From an uncultured Acidimicrobiales bacterium (GTDB lineage Bacteria > Actinomycetota > Acidimicrobiia > Acidimicrobiales > Iamiaceae), in the NCBI GenBank assembly GCA_963800235.1, contig CAWDAD010000003.1, positions 776,299 to 840,298 on the forward strand: 64,000 nucleotides of DNA, written 5' to 3'. Positions 10,875-19,514 of the stretch are shown one piece after another. A model generated the notes under the pieces. That model saw nothing but the letters and a program-made list of their open reading frames with translations, did not search any database and was not told the origin of the DNA. The position numbers were made by a program, and so were the translations under genes. Position 1 is the first letter of the stretch; every line of letters starts with the position of its first letter.

Positions 10875-10990
10875 CGTGGGCGTGCAGCCCGAACAACTGC
10901 GACAAGTTCGGGAAGGGAGGGGCCGGAGCGGCGAACTCGTCGCAGATCTGGGCGTGGCGGCCGAACAACTGCGACGAGTTCGGGATGGGG
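10875..10990. repeat. Two ~40-nt direct repeats, each with the hairpin CCCGAAC-N11-GTTCGGG, plus a degenerate middle copy; in the convergent 3' intergenic region after ligC
   Basis: 10885-10914 cagcccgaacaactgcgacaagttcgggaa and 10957-10986 tggcggccgaacaactgcgacgagttcgggat. Both are preceded by tgggcgtg. A degenerate cgaactcgtcgcagatctggg lies between them. A tandem cccgttccgccg x2 sits at 10829-10852. Confidence 0.6.
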
Positions 10991-11010
10991 GGGACGGAGC
11001 CGAGGCGGGG

Positions 11011-12021
11011 TCAGCGGTCCTCGGGGTCGACCTGGGGCTGGACGGCGGTGGGGTCCTCGGCGCCGTGGGGCTCGCCGGTGGGTCCGCCGCGCCAGGCCAC
11101 CGTCTGGGTCGGGTCGTCGGGCCCGGCGGGCGGCTGGGCCGAACCGGGACCGGCGCCGCGGTCGCCGGCGTCGGGCTGCCCGTAGGGACGGGTCGGATCG
11201 GGGCCGGGGTCGGGCTCCGGTCGGGTGGGTCGCTCGGCCGGGGGCGGGGAGGCGGGCGGGGGCTCCGGCGCCGGAGCCTGGCCCGGGGCGGGCGGGTAGG
11301 CCGACGGTGGCGGCGGAGCGGCGGGCGTGGTCGGGTGCGTCGGCGTGGACGAGGGCGCCGAGCCGGGAGGCGGCGGGTACGCGCCGCCGCCGGACGGGTA
11401 GGCCCCCCCGGACGGGTAGGCCCCCCCGGACGGGTAGGCCCCCCCGGACGGGTACGCGCCGCCGCCGGACGGGTAGCCCCCGCCGGCGCCGTACGCCGGA
11501 GTGGCGGGCGGGGCGGGCTGGTGGGCGGCGGCGCCGTGGTCGCCTGTCCCGCCGGCGGCCGGGGTGGCCCGCTGGGCCCGGCGCGGGTCGCGGTCGGTCA
11601 CCGCCAGGATGACGACCAGCGCGCCGACGACGGTGAACAGCACCGCCGACGCCCGGGCCGGGTAGTACCAGGGGAAGTTCTTGCGCAGCCACGACGGGGG
11701 CCGGGTGCCGCCGCCGGTGGCGTCGAGCGAGTACACGATCCAGGGCACGTAGAGCACGAGCAGCACGACGCCGCCGAGGGCCGCCAGCCAGCGGGAGAAG
11801 GGCGGCCCGGCGATGGCGATCAGCGCGATGACCAGGAGCACGGCGAACACCACGTCGCGTCCGACCAGCACCCCCTTGGGCTGGGGCGCGCCACCCCCGT
11901 CCCAGAACAGGACGCGCCCCACCGACCCACCCGCGCCGCTCAGCCCGATCTCCTGCATGGCGAGGTAGGTGACGGCCAGGAGCGGGGCCAGGAGCAGGGC
12001 ACCGGCGGCTCGCACGCGCAT
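11011..12021 (-). CDS. Polytopic membrane protein with a Gly/Pro/Tyr/Ser-rich tandem-repeat C-terminal tail (GGAYPS x5-6)
   Basis: 336 aa with 4-5 TM helices in the first 150 aa. Tail ...YPSGGGAYPSGGAYPSGGAYPSGGAYPSGGGAYPPPPGS... is followed by a Pro/Ala-rich region. ATG 12021 lies 1 nt after the upstream gene's TGA, with GGAGGA just upstream, so it is operon-coupled. Confidence 0.6.
   Translation of the reverse strand: MRVRAAGALLLAPLLAVTYLAMQEIGLSGAGGSVGRVLFWDGGGAPQPKGVLVGRDVVFAVLLVIALIAIAGPPFSRWLAALGGVVLLVLYVPWIVYSLDATGGGTRPPSWLRKNFPWYYPARASAVLFTVVGALVVILAVTDRDPRRAQRATPAAGGTGDHGAAAHQPAPPATPAYGAGGGYPSGGGAYPSGGAYPSGGAYPSGGAYPSGGGAYPPPPGSAPSSTPTHPTTPAAPPPPSAYPPAPGQAPAPEPPPASPPPAERPTRPEPDPGPDPTRPYGQPDAGDRGAGPGSAQPPAGPDDPTQTVAWRGGPTGEPHGAEDPTAVQPQVDPEDR
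11374..11490. repeat. Tandem 18-21 nt repeat (ggacgggtaggccccccc and variants), about 6 copies, coding the GGAYPS repeats
   Basis: Visible directly in the sequence at 11380-11480. Confidence 0.8.
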
Positions 12022-12022
12022 G

Positions 12023-13108
12023 TCAGTCCTCCGTTCGGGGGTCGGACCCGTCGGGTCCGGGGGGCTCGGGGTCGGGTCGGCGGGCGCGGGACGGGGCGAC
12101 CCGCGGCGGCTCGTCGGGCTGCTTCGGGTACACCGGCGGCCACGGGGCGTCGCCCAGCCCGGCGTCGAGGTCGCGCCGCGACCACTCGAGCAGCGGCTCG
12201 ATGGTCTGCGGGTGGTCGTGCATCTCGGCCCAGGGGTCGCCCCCGGCCGCCACCCGGTCGGGCACCACGGCGAGGGTGAGGTCGTCGGGCACCACGGTGT
12301 CGACCTCGTCCCAGCGGATCGGCGTCGACACCTGGCCGCCGACCCGGGGTCGCACGCACCAGGTGCCGAACACGGTCTTGTGCGGGGCGGTCTGGTTGAA
12401 GTCGACGAAGACCCGGGTGCCCCGCTCCTCCTTCCACCACTGGGCGGTGATGAGGTCGGGCCGGCGACGCTCGAGCTCCCGGGCCAGCGCCACCACCGCG
12501 GCGCGCACCTGGTAGGAGTCCCAGCGGGGTTCGAGCCGCACGAAGACGTGCAGGCCCCGGTTGCCGGTGGTCTTGGGGAAGGCGGCGATGCCCAGCTCGT
12601 CGAGCAGCGCCCTGGTCTCGCCGGCCGCCTCGCGCACCATGTCGAAGGTCACCCCGGGCGAGGGATCGAGGTCGATGCGCAGCTCGTCGGCGACCTCGGG
12701 GTGGGCGGCCAGGTACGGCCAGGGGTGGAAGCCGAGGCAGCCCTGGTTGACCGCCCACAGCAGGTGGGCCAGGTCGGCGATCACCAGGGCGTTGCTGGTC
12801 GTGCCGTTCGGCGTCGAGACGACGGTGGTCTCCAGCCAGTCGGGCGCGCCCTTCGGCACCCGCTTCTGGAAGAACGACTTGCCGGCGGCGCCGTCGGGGA
12901 AGCGCTGCATCATGGTCGGCCGACCGCCGAGCACGGCCAGCAGCGGGCCGGCCACGGCCTGGTAGTAGCGGACCAGGTCGAGCTTGGTCTCACCCCGCGC
13001 CGGGAAGAAGACCTTGTCCGGGCTGGAGATGCCGACGGTGCGGGTACCGCCGGGGACCTCCACCTCGACGTCGACCTTCTCGCCCTTGCCGGCGGTGCGC
13101 GTCGCCAT
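12023..13108 (-). CDS. Standalone LigD-type polymerase/primase domain protein (Prim-PolC-like)
   Basis: 361 aa from ATG 13108. The TGATG junction overlaps the fenA stop. Archaeo-eukaryotic primase fold motifs match the LigD Pol domain (DLDP..., GNRGLHVFVRLE, FVDFNQTAPHKTVFGTWCVRP). Confidence 0.85.
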   Translation of the reverse strand: MATRTAGKGEKVDVEVEVPGGTRTVGISSPDKVFFPARGETKLDLVRYYQAVAGPLLAVLGGRPTMMQRFPDGAAGKSFFQKRVPKGAPDWLETTVVSTPNGTTSNALVIADLAHLLWAVNQGCLGFHPWPYLAAHPEVADELRIDLDPSPGVTFDMVREAAGETRALLDELGIAAFPKTTGNRGLHVFVRLEPRWDSYQVRAAVVALARELERRRPDLITAQWWKEERGTRVFVDFNQTAPHKTVFGTWCVRPRVGGQVSTPIRWDEVDTVVPDDLTLAVVPDRVAAGGDPWAEMHDHPQTIEPLLEWSRRDLDAGLGDAPWPPVYPKQPDEPPRVAPSRARRPDPEPPGPDGSDPRTED

Positions 13109-14001
13109 CACGCGCTCCCGCCGACGGCCGCCCGCTCGGCGGCCAGGGCCTCGGCCCGGTCGAGCAGGCCGGGGGCGTCGATGCGGTCGCACAGCGCGGC
13201 GAAGCGGTCGGTGGGGCCGACCCAGCGCAGCTCGTCGACGTCGTCCATCACCGGGGCGTCGAGCTCGAGGGTGGCGATGCGCCGGAACAGCACGGCCAGG
13301 TCGAGCTGGTCGCGCAACGTCCGGGCCAGCTTGCCCTTGGCCCGGACGTCGACGTCCCAGTCGTCGCCAGCCGGGGGGATCTGCTCGAGGTGGCCGTACC
13401 GGGACAGCACGGCGGCGGCCGACTTCGCCCCCCAGCCGGGCAGGCCCGGGAACCCGTCGGCGCTGTCGCCCACCAGTCCGAGGTAGTCGGGGATCGACTC
13501 GGGGTCGACGCCGAACTTGGCCCGGACGCCCTCGACGTCGATCAGCTTCTGCTGGCGGCGGTCGAGCTGCACCACCTTGCCCCCGACGCACTGGCCGAGG
13601 TCCTTGTCGGGCGTGCAGATCACGACCCGCTCGACCCGGTCGTCGTCGGCGGCGACGGCCGCCGCTGCGCCCAGGGCGTCGTCGGCCTCGTACTCGACCA
13701 TGGGGAACACCCGGACGCCGGCGGTGGCCAGCGCCTCCTCGACCAGCGGGAACTGGCTGGTGAGGTCTGGATCGACGCCCGAGCCGTCCTTGTAGTCGGC
13801 CCACATCTCGTTGCGGAAGGACTCGATGACGTGGTCGGTGGCCACCCCGACGTGGGTGGCGCCGTCCTCGATCAGGGAGAGCACCGTGCCGACCACGCCG
13901 CGGGTCGCGGCGACCTCCTGGCCGTCGTCGGTGACGTGGGAGGGAAGGGCGAAGTGGTAGCGGAACAGCTCGTAGGTCCCGTCGACCAGGTGCACCTCCA
14001 C
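13108..14001 (-). CDS. fenA: 5'-3' exonuclease / flap endonuclease (PolI N-terminal-like, FenA)
   Basis: 297 aa from GTG 14001 with a GGGAGG RBS. LVDGTYELFRY, acidic cluster VEYEADDALG, DKDLGQ, helix-hairpin-helix GVRAKFGVDPESIPDYLGLVGDSADGFPGLPGWGAKSAA. Confidence 0.85.
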   Translation of the reverse strand: MEVHLVDGTYELFRYHFALPSHVTDDGQEVAATRGVVGTVLSLIEDGATHVGVATDHVIESFRNEMWADYKDGSGVDPDLTSQFPLVEEALATAGVRVFPMVEYEADDALGAAAAVAADDDRVERVVICTPDKDLGQCVGGKVVQLDRRQQKLIDVEGVRAKFGVDPESIPDYLGLVGDSADGFPGLPGWGAKSAAAVLSRYGHLEQIPPAGDDWDVDVRAKGKLARTLRDQLDLAVLFRRIATLELDAPVMDDVDELRWVGPTDRFAALCDRIDAPGLLDRAEALAAERAAVGGSA

Positions 14002-14059
14002 CCCGCGAGCCTCCCACAGCGCGTCCGTCCCGGTCCGGGGGAACGCGTCCCCGGCCCGG

Positions 14060-14773
14060 CTAGGCGGAGACCAGGCTCAGGATGTCGACCGTGCCGGCCT
14101 TGCCGTCGTAGATCAGCTCGCCGTCGCGCAGGGCCACGCAGCGGTCGACGCGCTCGACGAACTCGGGGTCGTGGGTGGCGACGAGGGTCGCGGCGCCGTC
14201 GCTGTGGACCTCGTCGAGCAGGTCGAGCAGGGCGCTGCGACCGCTGGCGTCGAGCCCGACGAAGGGCTCGTCGATCAGCAGCACCGAGAACGGCCGGACG
14301 AGCCCGAGGATGATGGCCGACTTCTGGCGCAGGCCACGGCTGAAGCGCGACGGCAGGTCGTCGACCCGGTGCATGAGCCCGAGCTTGTCGGTGAGCTCCT
14401 CGGCGTAGTCGTCCCAGCCGTCGCCGCCGTGCAGCCGCGAGACGTACTCGACGTGCTCGCGCAGGCTGAGGTCGTCGTAGAGCACCGGGTTGTCCGGGAG
14501 GAACGAGGAGGTGGCCCGGGCCTCGTTGGACCCGACCGGCCAGCCGGCGATCTCGATCTCGCCGCCGGTCGGCTCGAGCAGGCCGGCCGCCATGCGCATG
14601 AAGGTGGACTTCCCGGAGCCGTTGTGGCCGATCAGCGCCAGGCTCTGACCGACCTCCACCTCGAGGTCGAGCGGCGCGAGGGCGACGAGGTCGCCGTAGC
14701 TCTTGTGCAGCTCGAGCGAGTCGACGGCGGGGACCGCCATCTCACCGGCGTCGGCGTCAGCGTCGTTGGTCAC
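14060..14773 (-). CDS. ABC transporter ATP-binding protein
   Basis: 237 aa. Walker A GHNGSGKST, signature FSRGLRQK, Walker B LLIDEP. Overlaps the upstream membrane component by 17 nt. Confidence 0.85.
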   Translation of the reverse strand: MTNDADADAGEMAVPAVDSLELHKSYGDLVALAPLDLEVEVGQSLALIGHNGSGKSTFMRMAAGLLEPTGGEIEIAGWPVGSNEARATSSFLPDNPVLYDDLSLREHVEYVSRLHGGDGWDDYAEELTDKLGLMHRVDDLPSRFSRGLRQKSAIILGLVRPFSVLLIDEPFVGLDASGRSALLDLLDEVHSDGAATLVATHDPEFVERVDRCVALRDGELIYDGKAGTVDILSLVSA

Positions 14774-16619
14774 GTCGTCGTCCTCGGGTCGGGGGGAGCG
14801 GAGCCAGGTCGTCGGGCTCGTCGGGCTCGGGTTCTTCGGTCTCGTCCTCGTCGTCGTCCCACTCGTCGTCCTCGTCCTCGTCCCACTCGTCGTCCTCGTC
14901 CCAGTCCTCGTCCCCGTCCTCGTCCTCGTCCACCTCGACCGTCGTCGGCGCCGACGCGCTCGCGGTGGAGCGGCCGGCGCCCGAGCCGGCCCCGCCGCCC
15001 TTCGACCGCTGGGTGGCCTTCGCCTCCTCCATGGCCTGCTCGAACCAGGCCCGCACGTCGTCGCGGAAGCGGACCCACCCGAAGGTGACCGCCACCGCCA
15101 CCAGCACGCCGAGCGAGGCCGCCAGCTGGGCCGAGGTGGCGTCGGCCTGGTGATTCAGCGCGACCCGCGCCGCCAGCACCGGCGCCACGCCGACGACGCC
15201 GAGCAGGGGCGGCCCGACGGTGCGCAGCAGGTTGCGCATGCCGGCGACCTCGGGCGAGATCATGGCCAGGTTGTCGCTCGGCTTCGGGGCCCCCATGAGC
15301 ACGCTGACGACCGCGCCGGCCGCCGCGCCCCCCGCCGCCGGGATGATGGCGATGGCGGCGACCCGCAGCGCACCGGTCGAGGGCGAAGCCAGCACCGCCG
15401 CGGCCCCCGCCACCACCGTGACGAGGACCATGGCGCAGAGGGTGACCGGCACGTGGGAGAGCAGCACCTTGCCCCGGTCGAGGGGGTAGGCCTCGAGCCG
15501 GCCGGGGTGGTCGGTCTCCTGGGCCAGGGGCTCGATGGCGTCGAGGGCGGCCACCCAGAGGGCGAAGCCCCCCACCACGATCAGCGGGGTGGTGCCGTCC
15601 CACGCCCCCCGCATGGCCAGCCCGGCGACGACGGCGAGCAGCACCAGCCGGGCCAGGCGGGCGGAGGGCCAGCGCATGACGCCCCGCCAGCCCCGCCACC
15701 AGACGGGGAACCGGGTCGGGTGGGCTCGCTCGGTGCGGGCGGGGTGACCCAGCCAGGGCTTGGTGCGCGAGACCTCGTTCGAGAGCTGGCGGCGCAGGAC
15801 GAGCACGGTGCGCAGGTCCTGCAGGGTGGCGGCGAACTTGATCTGGCCGACCAGGGCGGTGCGGCGCTCGGCCGCCTCGAGCGACAGCCCGGACACCGCA
15901 CCCACGCCCAGGACCATCGCCGCCACCGCCACGGCGGCCGGGATCAGGGCCAGGGCGTCGAACCGCAGCGGCCACAGCGCCAGCCGGCCGAGGAAGGAGA
16001 GCGGTGCGGTCGGCGCCCGGCCCGCCAGGTCGGCCACCGACCAGGCCACCAGGGCCAGACCGACCGACGTGCCGATCCAGGAGCGCAGCCGCCGGCCCGA
16101 CGCCAGCATGGCGCAGCCGATCGAGAGCCAGACGAGCAGCACGCAGAACAGCGAGGCGCACAGCACCCACACGATGGGGTTGCCGTCGAGCCGGCGCACC
16201 GCGAGCTGGCCGGCGATGGCGCCGGCCACCACCGCCCCGAAGGTGAGGAACCGGAGCTGGTGCAGGGTGGGCGAGCGCAGGGCGACGCCCCGGTCGATGG
16301 GCGACAGGAGCACGTGGCGGACGTCGGGCTTCTCCAGCGCCAGGGGGCCGCCCCGGCACCCCGAGCGCAGCCCGACCAGCACCGCGGCGGCGGCGACCAG
16401 GCCGAGCGCGGCGGGGCCGTGCTCGAGCACCTTGGCGGTGCCGGCGGCGTCGAGCTTGCCGTCGCCGGTGAGCCCCGACAGGACCAGGACGGCGGCGGTG
16501 GCCAGGATGGCGGTGACGTACACCCGGTACATGGCGTCGACCCAGTGGATGTCGGCCACCCGGTGCCGGCGCCGGGCGCGACGGAGGTCGGCGAGGACCT
16601 CGGCATCGGCGGCAGACAC
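14757..16619 (-). CDS. Polytopic membrane component paired with the ABC ATPase; strongly acidic Asp/Glu/Trp repeat C-terminal tail
   Basis: 620 aa with at least 10 predicted TM segments. C-terminus VEVDEDEDGDEDWDEDDEWDEDEDDEWDDDEDETEEPEPDEPDD, coded by tandem 18-nt repeats at about 14820-14940. Confidence 0.6.
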   Translation of the reverse strand: MSAADAEVLADLRRARRRHRVADIHWVDAMYRVYVTAILATAAVLVLSGLTGDGKLDAAGTAKVLEHGPAALGLVAAAAVLVGLRSGCRGGPLALEKPDVRHVLLSPIDRGVALRSPTLHQLRFLTFGAVVAGAIAGQLAVRRLDGNPIVWVLCASLFCVLLVWLSIGCAMLASGRRLRSWIGTSVGLALVAWSVADLAGRAPTAPLSFLGRLALWPLRFDALALIPAAVAVAAMVLGVGAVSGLSLEAAERRTALVGQIKFAATLQDLRTVLVLRRQLSNEVSRTKPWLGHPARTERAHPTRFPVWWRGWRGVMRWPSARLARLVLLAVVAGLAMRGAWDGTTPLIVVGGFALWVAALDAIEPLAQETDHPGRLEAYPLDRGKVLLSHVPVTLCAMVLVTVVAGAAAVLASPSTGALRVAAIAIIPAAGGAAAGAVVSVLMGAPKPSDNLAMISPEVAGMRNLLRTVGPPLLGVVGVAPVLAARVALNHQADATSAQLAASLGVLVAVAVTFGWVRFRDDVRAWFEQAMEEAKATQRSKGGGAGSGAGRSTASASAPTTVEVDEDEDGDEDWDEDDEWDEDEDDEWDDDEDETEEPEPDEPDDLAPLPPTRGRRRDQRR

Positions 16620-16705
16620 GGCGGTCGACGCTACCGGCCGGCAGGTCGGGCCGACGAGCGCCGGATGGCTCGATCCGCCGGGGTGCCGTCGACCATCATG
16701 AAGCG

Positions 16706-17746
16706 ATGGACGAACTGGGGAGGCCGTCGGGTGTCCGGCGGCGACGGCGGCAGGCGCAGCTCCGGCGCCGACGCATCGTCGTGCTCGCCGGCCTCCTGCT
16801 GCTGCTGGTCGGTGCCTTCGCCGTCGTCCTCACCTTCGGCGACCGGTCCGGCTCCGGGAACCGGCGGGCCGACCAGGTCGCCTACCGCGCCCCGTCCGGG
16901 GCCTCGTCGTCGGGCGGCACCGGCTCGGCCACCGTCACCGGCGCCCGGGCCGGCCGGACCACCTCGACCACGACCGCCCCTCCCAAGCCACCGGTCGGCG
17001 CCACCAACCCGCTGCCACCCACGCCCCGACCGGCGGATGGCCGGCGTCCCACCGTCGTCTACTTCGGCGACTCCATGTCGGTGAACGCCGCCCCGGAGAT
17101 CAAGGAGCAGCTCGACGCCGCCGGCTACGACCTGGTGCACTTCGAGGCCTTCATCGGCAACAGCATGTGCAAGGACGAGGCCTCCATCGACCAGACCGTG
17201 GTCCAGGACAAGCCCGACATCCTCGTCCTGCAGTACGTCGGCAACGGCTCCCTCTGGAACTGCGTCGACGGCTACCAGCCCACCTACGACCTGTACCACC
17301 GGGCCCTGACGTCGATCGGCGCCAACGCCGCCTTCAACGGGGCGCCGGGCGGCACCCACGTGGTGCTGGTCGGCGCCCTCCCCCACGCCGACGGCACGCC
17401 GCTCTACCCGGGCTCGCCGGGGGTGACCGACGCCTTCCGCGACGTCGCCCGCACCGACCCGAGGGCCTTCTCCTTCGTCGACCCGACGCCGGGGCTGGTC
17501 CCCGGGCCGGGGGCGCTGGTCGCCTGCTACCCGCAGGAGCCGGGGTGCGGCCCCGACGGGCGGATCCAGGTGCGGCCCGACGACCACAACCCGTTCACCG
17601 GGGCCACCGTCATGGGCGGCGGCTCGCACTTCTGCCTCGACTCGACGCTGGTGTCGCTGGCCGAGGAGGACTGCAACGTCCACAACGCCGGCGGCCTGCG
17701 CTTCGCCTACGACGTGGTGGACGGCATCCGCGCCGCCGGTCTCTGA
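16706..17746 (+). CDS. Membrane-anchored SGNH/GDSL-like hydrolase family protein
   Basis: 346 aa. N-terminal TM (IVVLAGLLLLLVGAFAVVL), then Thr/Ser/Pro-rich linker, VVYFGDSMSVNAAPEI (GDS block). Catalytic His probably in DDHNPFTG. Confidence 0.65.
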   Translation: MDELGRPSGVRRRRRQAQLRRRRIVVLAGLLLLLVGAFAVVLTFGDRSGSGNRRADQVAYRAPSGASSSGGTGSATVTGARAGRTTSTTTAPPKPPVGATNPLPPTPRPADGRRPTVVYFGDSMSVNAAPEIKEQLDAAGYDLVHFEAFIGNSMCKDEASIDQTVVQDKPDILVLQYVGNGSLWNCVDGYQPTYDLYHRALTSIGANAAFNGAPGGTHVVLVGALPHADGTPLYPGSPGVTDAFRDVARTDPRAFSFVDPTPGLVPGPGALVACYPQEPGCGPDGRIQVRPDDHNPFTGATVMGGGSHFCLDSTLVSLAEEDCNVHNAGGLRFAYDVVDGIRAAGL

Positions 17747-17796
17747 GCGGCGCAAATCGCGGCGCCCGGCCGACCGGCGGGCGCGACGATGCCGGG

Positions 17797-18291
17797 ATGG
17801 CCGCGACGCCGCGAATCCGCCCCAGCCGACCGGACGACGCCGAGGGGTTCGCCGAGATGATGGATCACGTCGCGGCCGAGGGGCGCTGGATCGGGCGCGA
17901 GGCGCCGGTGGACCGCGAGGCCATGGCCGAGTCCTTCCGGGCCGGCATCGACGACCCCGACCACGGTTCGTTCGTGTGCGTCGAGGGCGCCGAGGTGGTC
18001 GGCAGCCTCGGCCTGCACCGGCTGCCCTACGGGGTGGCCGACCTCGGCATGGCCCTGCTGCCCTCGTACCGGGGGCAGGGCCTCGGGCGTCGGTTGCTCG
18101 ACCGGGGCATCCGCTGGGCCACCGAGCACCCCGACGTCCACAAGATCACCCTGCAGCACTGGTCGCACAACGTCCCCGCCCACCAGCTGTACCGGCGCGC
18201 CGGGTTCCTCGTGGAGGGCCACCTCCACGAGCACTACCGCCGGCGCGACGGCGAGCTGTGGGACGCGGTGGTGATGGGCCGACGGGTCTGA
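17797..18291 (+). CDS. GNAT family N-acetyltransferase
   Basis: 164 aa. ...LLPSYRGQGLGRRLLDRGIRWA (acetyl-CoA binding Q/RxxGxG/A), ...LYRRAGF. Confidence 0.75.
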   Translation: MAATPRIRPSRPDDAEGFAEMMDHVAAEGRWIGREAPVDREAMAESFRAGIDDPDHGSFVCVEGAEVVGSLGLHRLPYGVADLGMALLPSYRGQGLGRRLLDRGIRWATEHPDVHKITLQHWSHNVPAHQLYRRAGFLVEGHLHEHYRRRDGELWDAVVMGRRV

Positions 18292-18315
18292 GGCGGCCCC
18301 GGCCGTCCGTCCCGC

Positions 18316-18948
18316 TCAGCGGCCGACCGGCCACGACCGGGCGGCGGCGGCCAGGGCGTCGACCAGGGCGCGGGCGTCGGGGACGAGGCCGTCGTCGCCG
18401 GGCGGTGGGCAGCGGGGCGTGTTGCCCCGCACCCGGGGCGGCAGCTCGAGCTGCACCCCGCCGCCGCACAGCCGGTTGACCGGGTTGTCCGGGTGCTGGC
18501 CCCGCAGGCCCTGCGGGATGTCCTCGAGCTCGGTGGCGACGGCGTAGCCGGGGAGCGCGGCCCGGAGGTGGCTGCCGAGGTGGCGCGCCAGGTCGCGGTT
18601 GCCGCCGCCGGCGAGCAGGGTCGTCCAGTACCCGTGGCGGCCGAACCCGTGGACGGCGACGCCCACCTCGACGTGGGCGACGAAGGCGGCCAGCTGCCCG
18701 GACTCGGCCGGGTCCACCCGGGCCGAGGGGATGTGCCACTGCAGGCCCGGCGGGAGCAGCACCCCGTAGTAGGTGGCGCCCGCCGCCTCGGCCGCCGCCG
18801 AGGCGATCACGTCGGTGCGCTCCTCCAGCGAGCCCCCGTGGAAGGCGAGGAACCCGAACCGGCTGCGCAGCTCGAGCACCTCGACCACGCCCTCGGTGGC
18901 GAGGAGCCGGGCGAAGGGCCGGGTCGGTCCGGCCGGCGGGGCCGCCAC
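18316..18948 (-). CDS. Poly-gamma-glutamate hydrolase family (UPF0714/DUF867, phage-related replication protein-like) protein
   Basis: About 210 aa from GTG 18948. ELRSRFGFLAFHGGSLEERTD...GATYYGV...AFVAHVEVGVAVHGFGR matches the family pattern. The long upstream Arg/Pro-rich in-frame extension is an artefact. Confidence 0.55.
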   Translation of the reverse strand: MAAPPAGPTRPFARLLATEGVVEVLELRSRFGFLAFHGGSLEERTDVIASAAAEAAGATYYGVLLPPGLQWHIPSARVDPAESGQLAAFVAHVEVGVAVHGFGRHGYWTTLLAGGGNRDLARHLGSHLRAALPGYAVATELEDIPQGLRGQHPDNPVNRLCGGGVQLELPPRVRGNTPRCPPPGDDGLVPDARALVDALAAAARSWPVGR

Positions 18949-18992
18949 CGGGTCGCTCGTGCCGGCGGAGCCGTCGCGCCGACGGTGCCGGG

Positions 18993-19472
18993 CTACTCCT
19001 GGACCAGCTCGATCAGGGTGCCGAAGGCGGTCTTGGGGTGGACGAAGGCCACCGTGGTGCCGCGCGACCCGGGCCGGGGCTGCTCGTCGAGCACCCGACC
19101 GCCCTGGTCCTTCACCGACTGCAGCGCCTCGGCGCAGTCGGCGACCCGGTAGCCGACGTGGTGCAGGCCCTCGCCCTTCTTCTCCAGGTACTTGGCCACC
19201 GGCGAGTCGTCGCGGGTGGGGGTGAGCAACTGGATGTAGCTCTCGGCGACCTTCAGCAGCGCCTCCTCGACCCCGTCGCTGTCGACCACCTCGCGGTGGT
19301 CGACCGTGGCGCCGAAGGTGTCGCGGTAGTAGTCGATGGCGGCGGGGAGGTCGTCGACCGCGATGGCGATGTGGTCGATCTCGGTGAGCAGCGGGCCGTC
19401 GGCGCCGGCGGACTCGAAGTCGTCGGGGCCGGGTTCGCCGTCGTCGTGGGGGTTCTTGGCTTCGAGCGGCAT
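18993..19472 (-). CDS. mce: Methylmalonyl-CoA / ethylmalonyl-CoA epimerase (VOC superfamily)
   Basis: 159 aa. IDHIAIAVDDL...GLHHVGYRVAD...IELVQE. Sits next to ccr. Confidence 0.8.
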   Translation of the reverse strand: MPLEAKNPHDDGEPGPDDFESAGADGPLLTEIDHIAIAVDDLPAAIDYYRDTFGATVDHREVVDSDGVEEALLKVAESYIQLLTPTRDDSPVAKYLEKKGEGLHHVGYRVADCAEALQSVKDQGGRVLDEQPRPGSRGTTVAFVHPKTAFGTLIELVQE

Positions 19473-19514
19473 GGCGGGTCCTCGGGTGGGGTCGTTGCTC
19501 GGGTGACGGGGCGC

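Noticed and set aside
10885-10986. LexA SOS boxes in the ligC-proximal hairpins (GAAC...GTTC)
   Set aside because: The spacing is 11 nt, not the N4 of the actinobacterial SOS box TCGAAC-N4-GTTCGA. No -10/-35 context, since they lie between two 3' ends.
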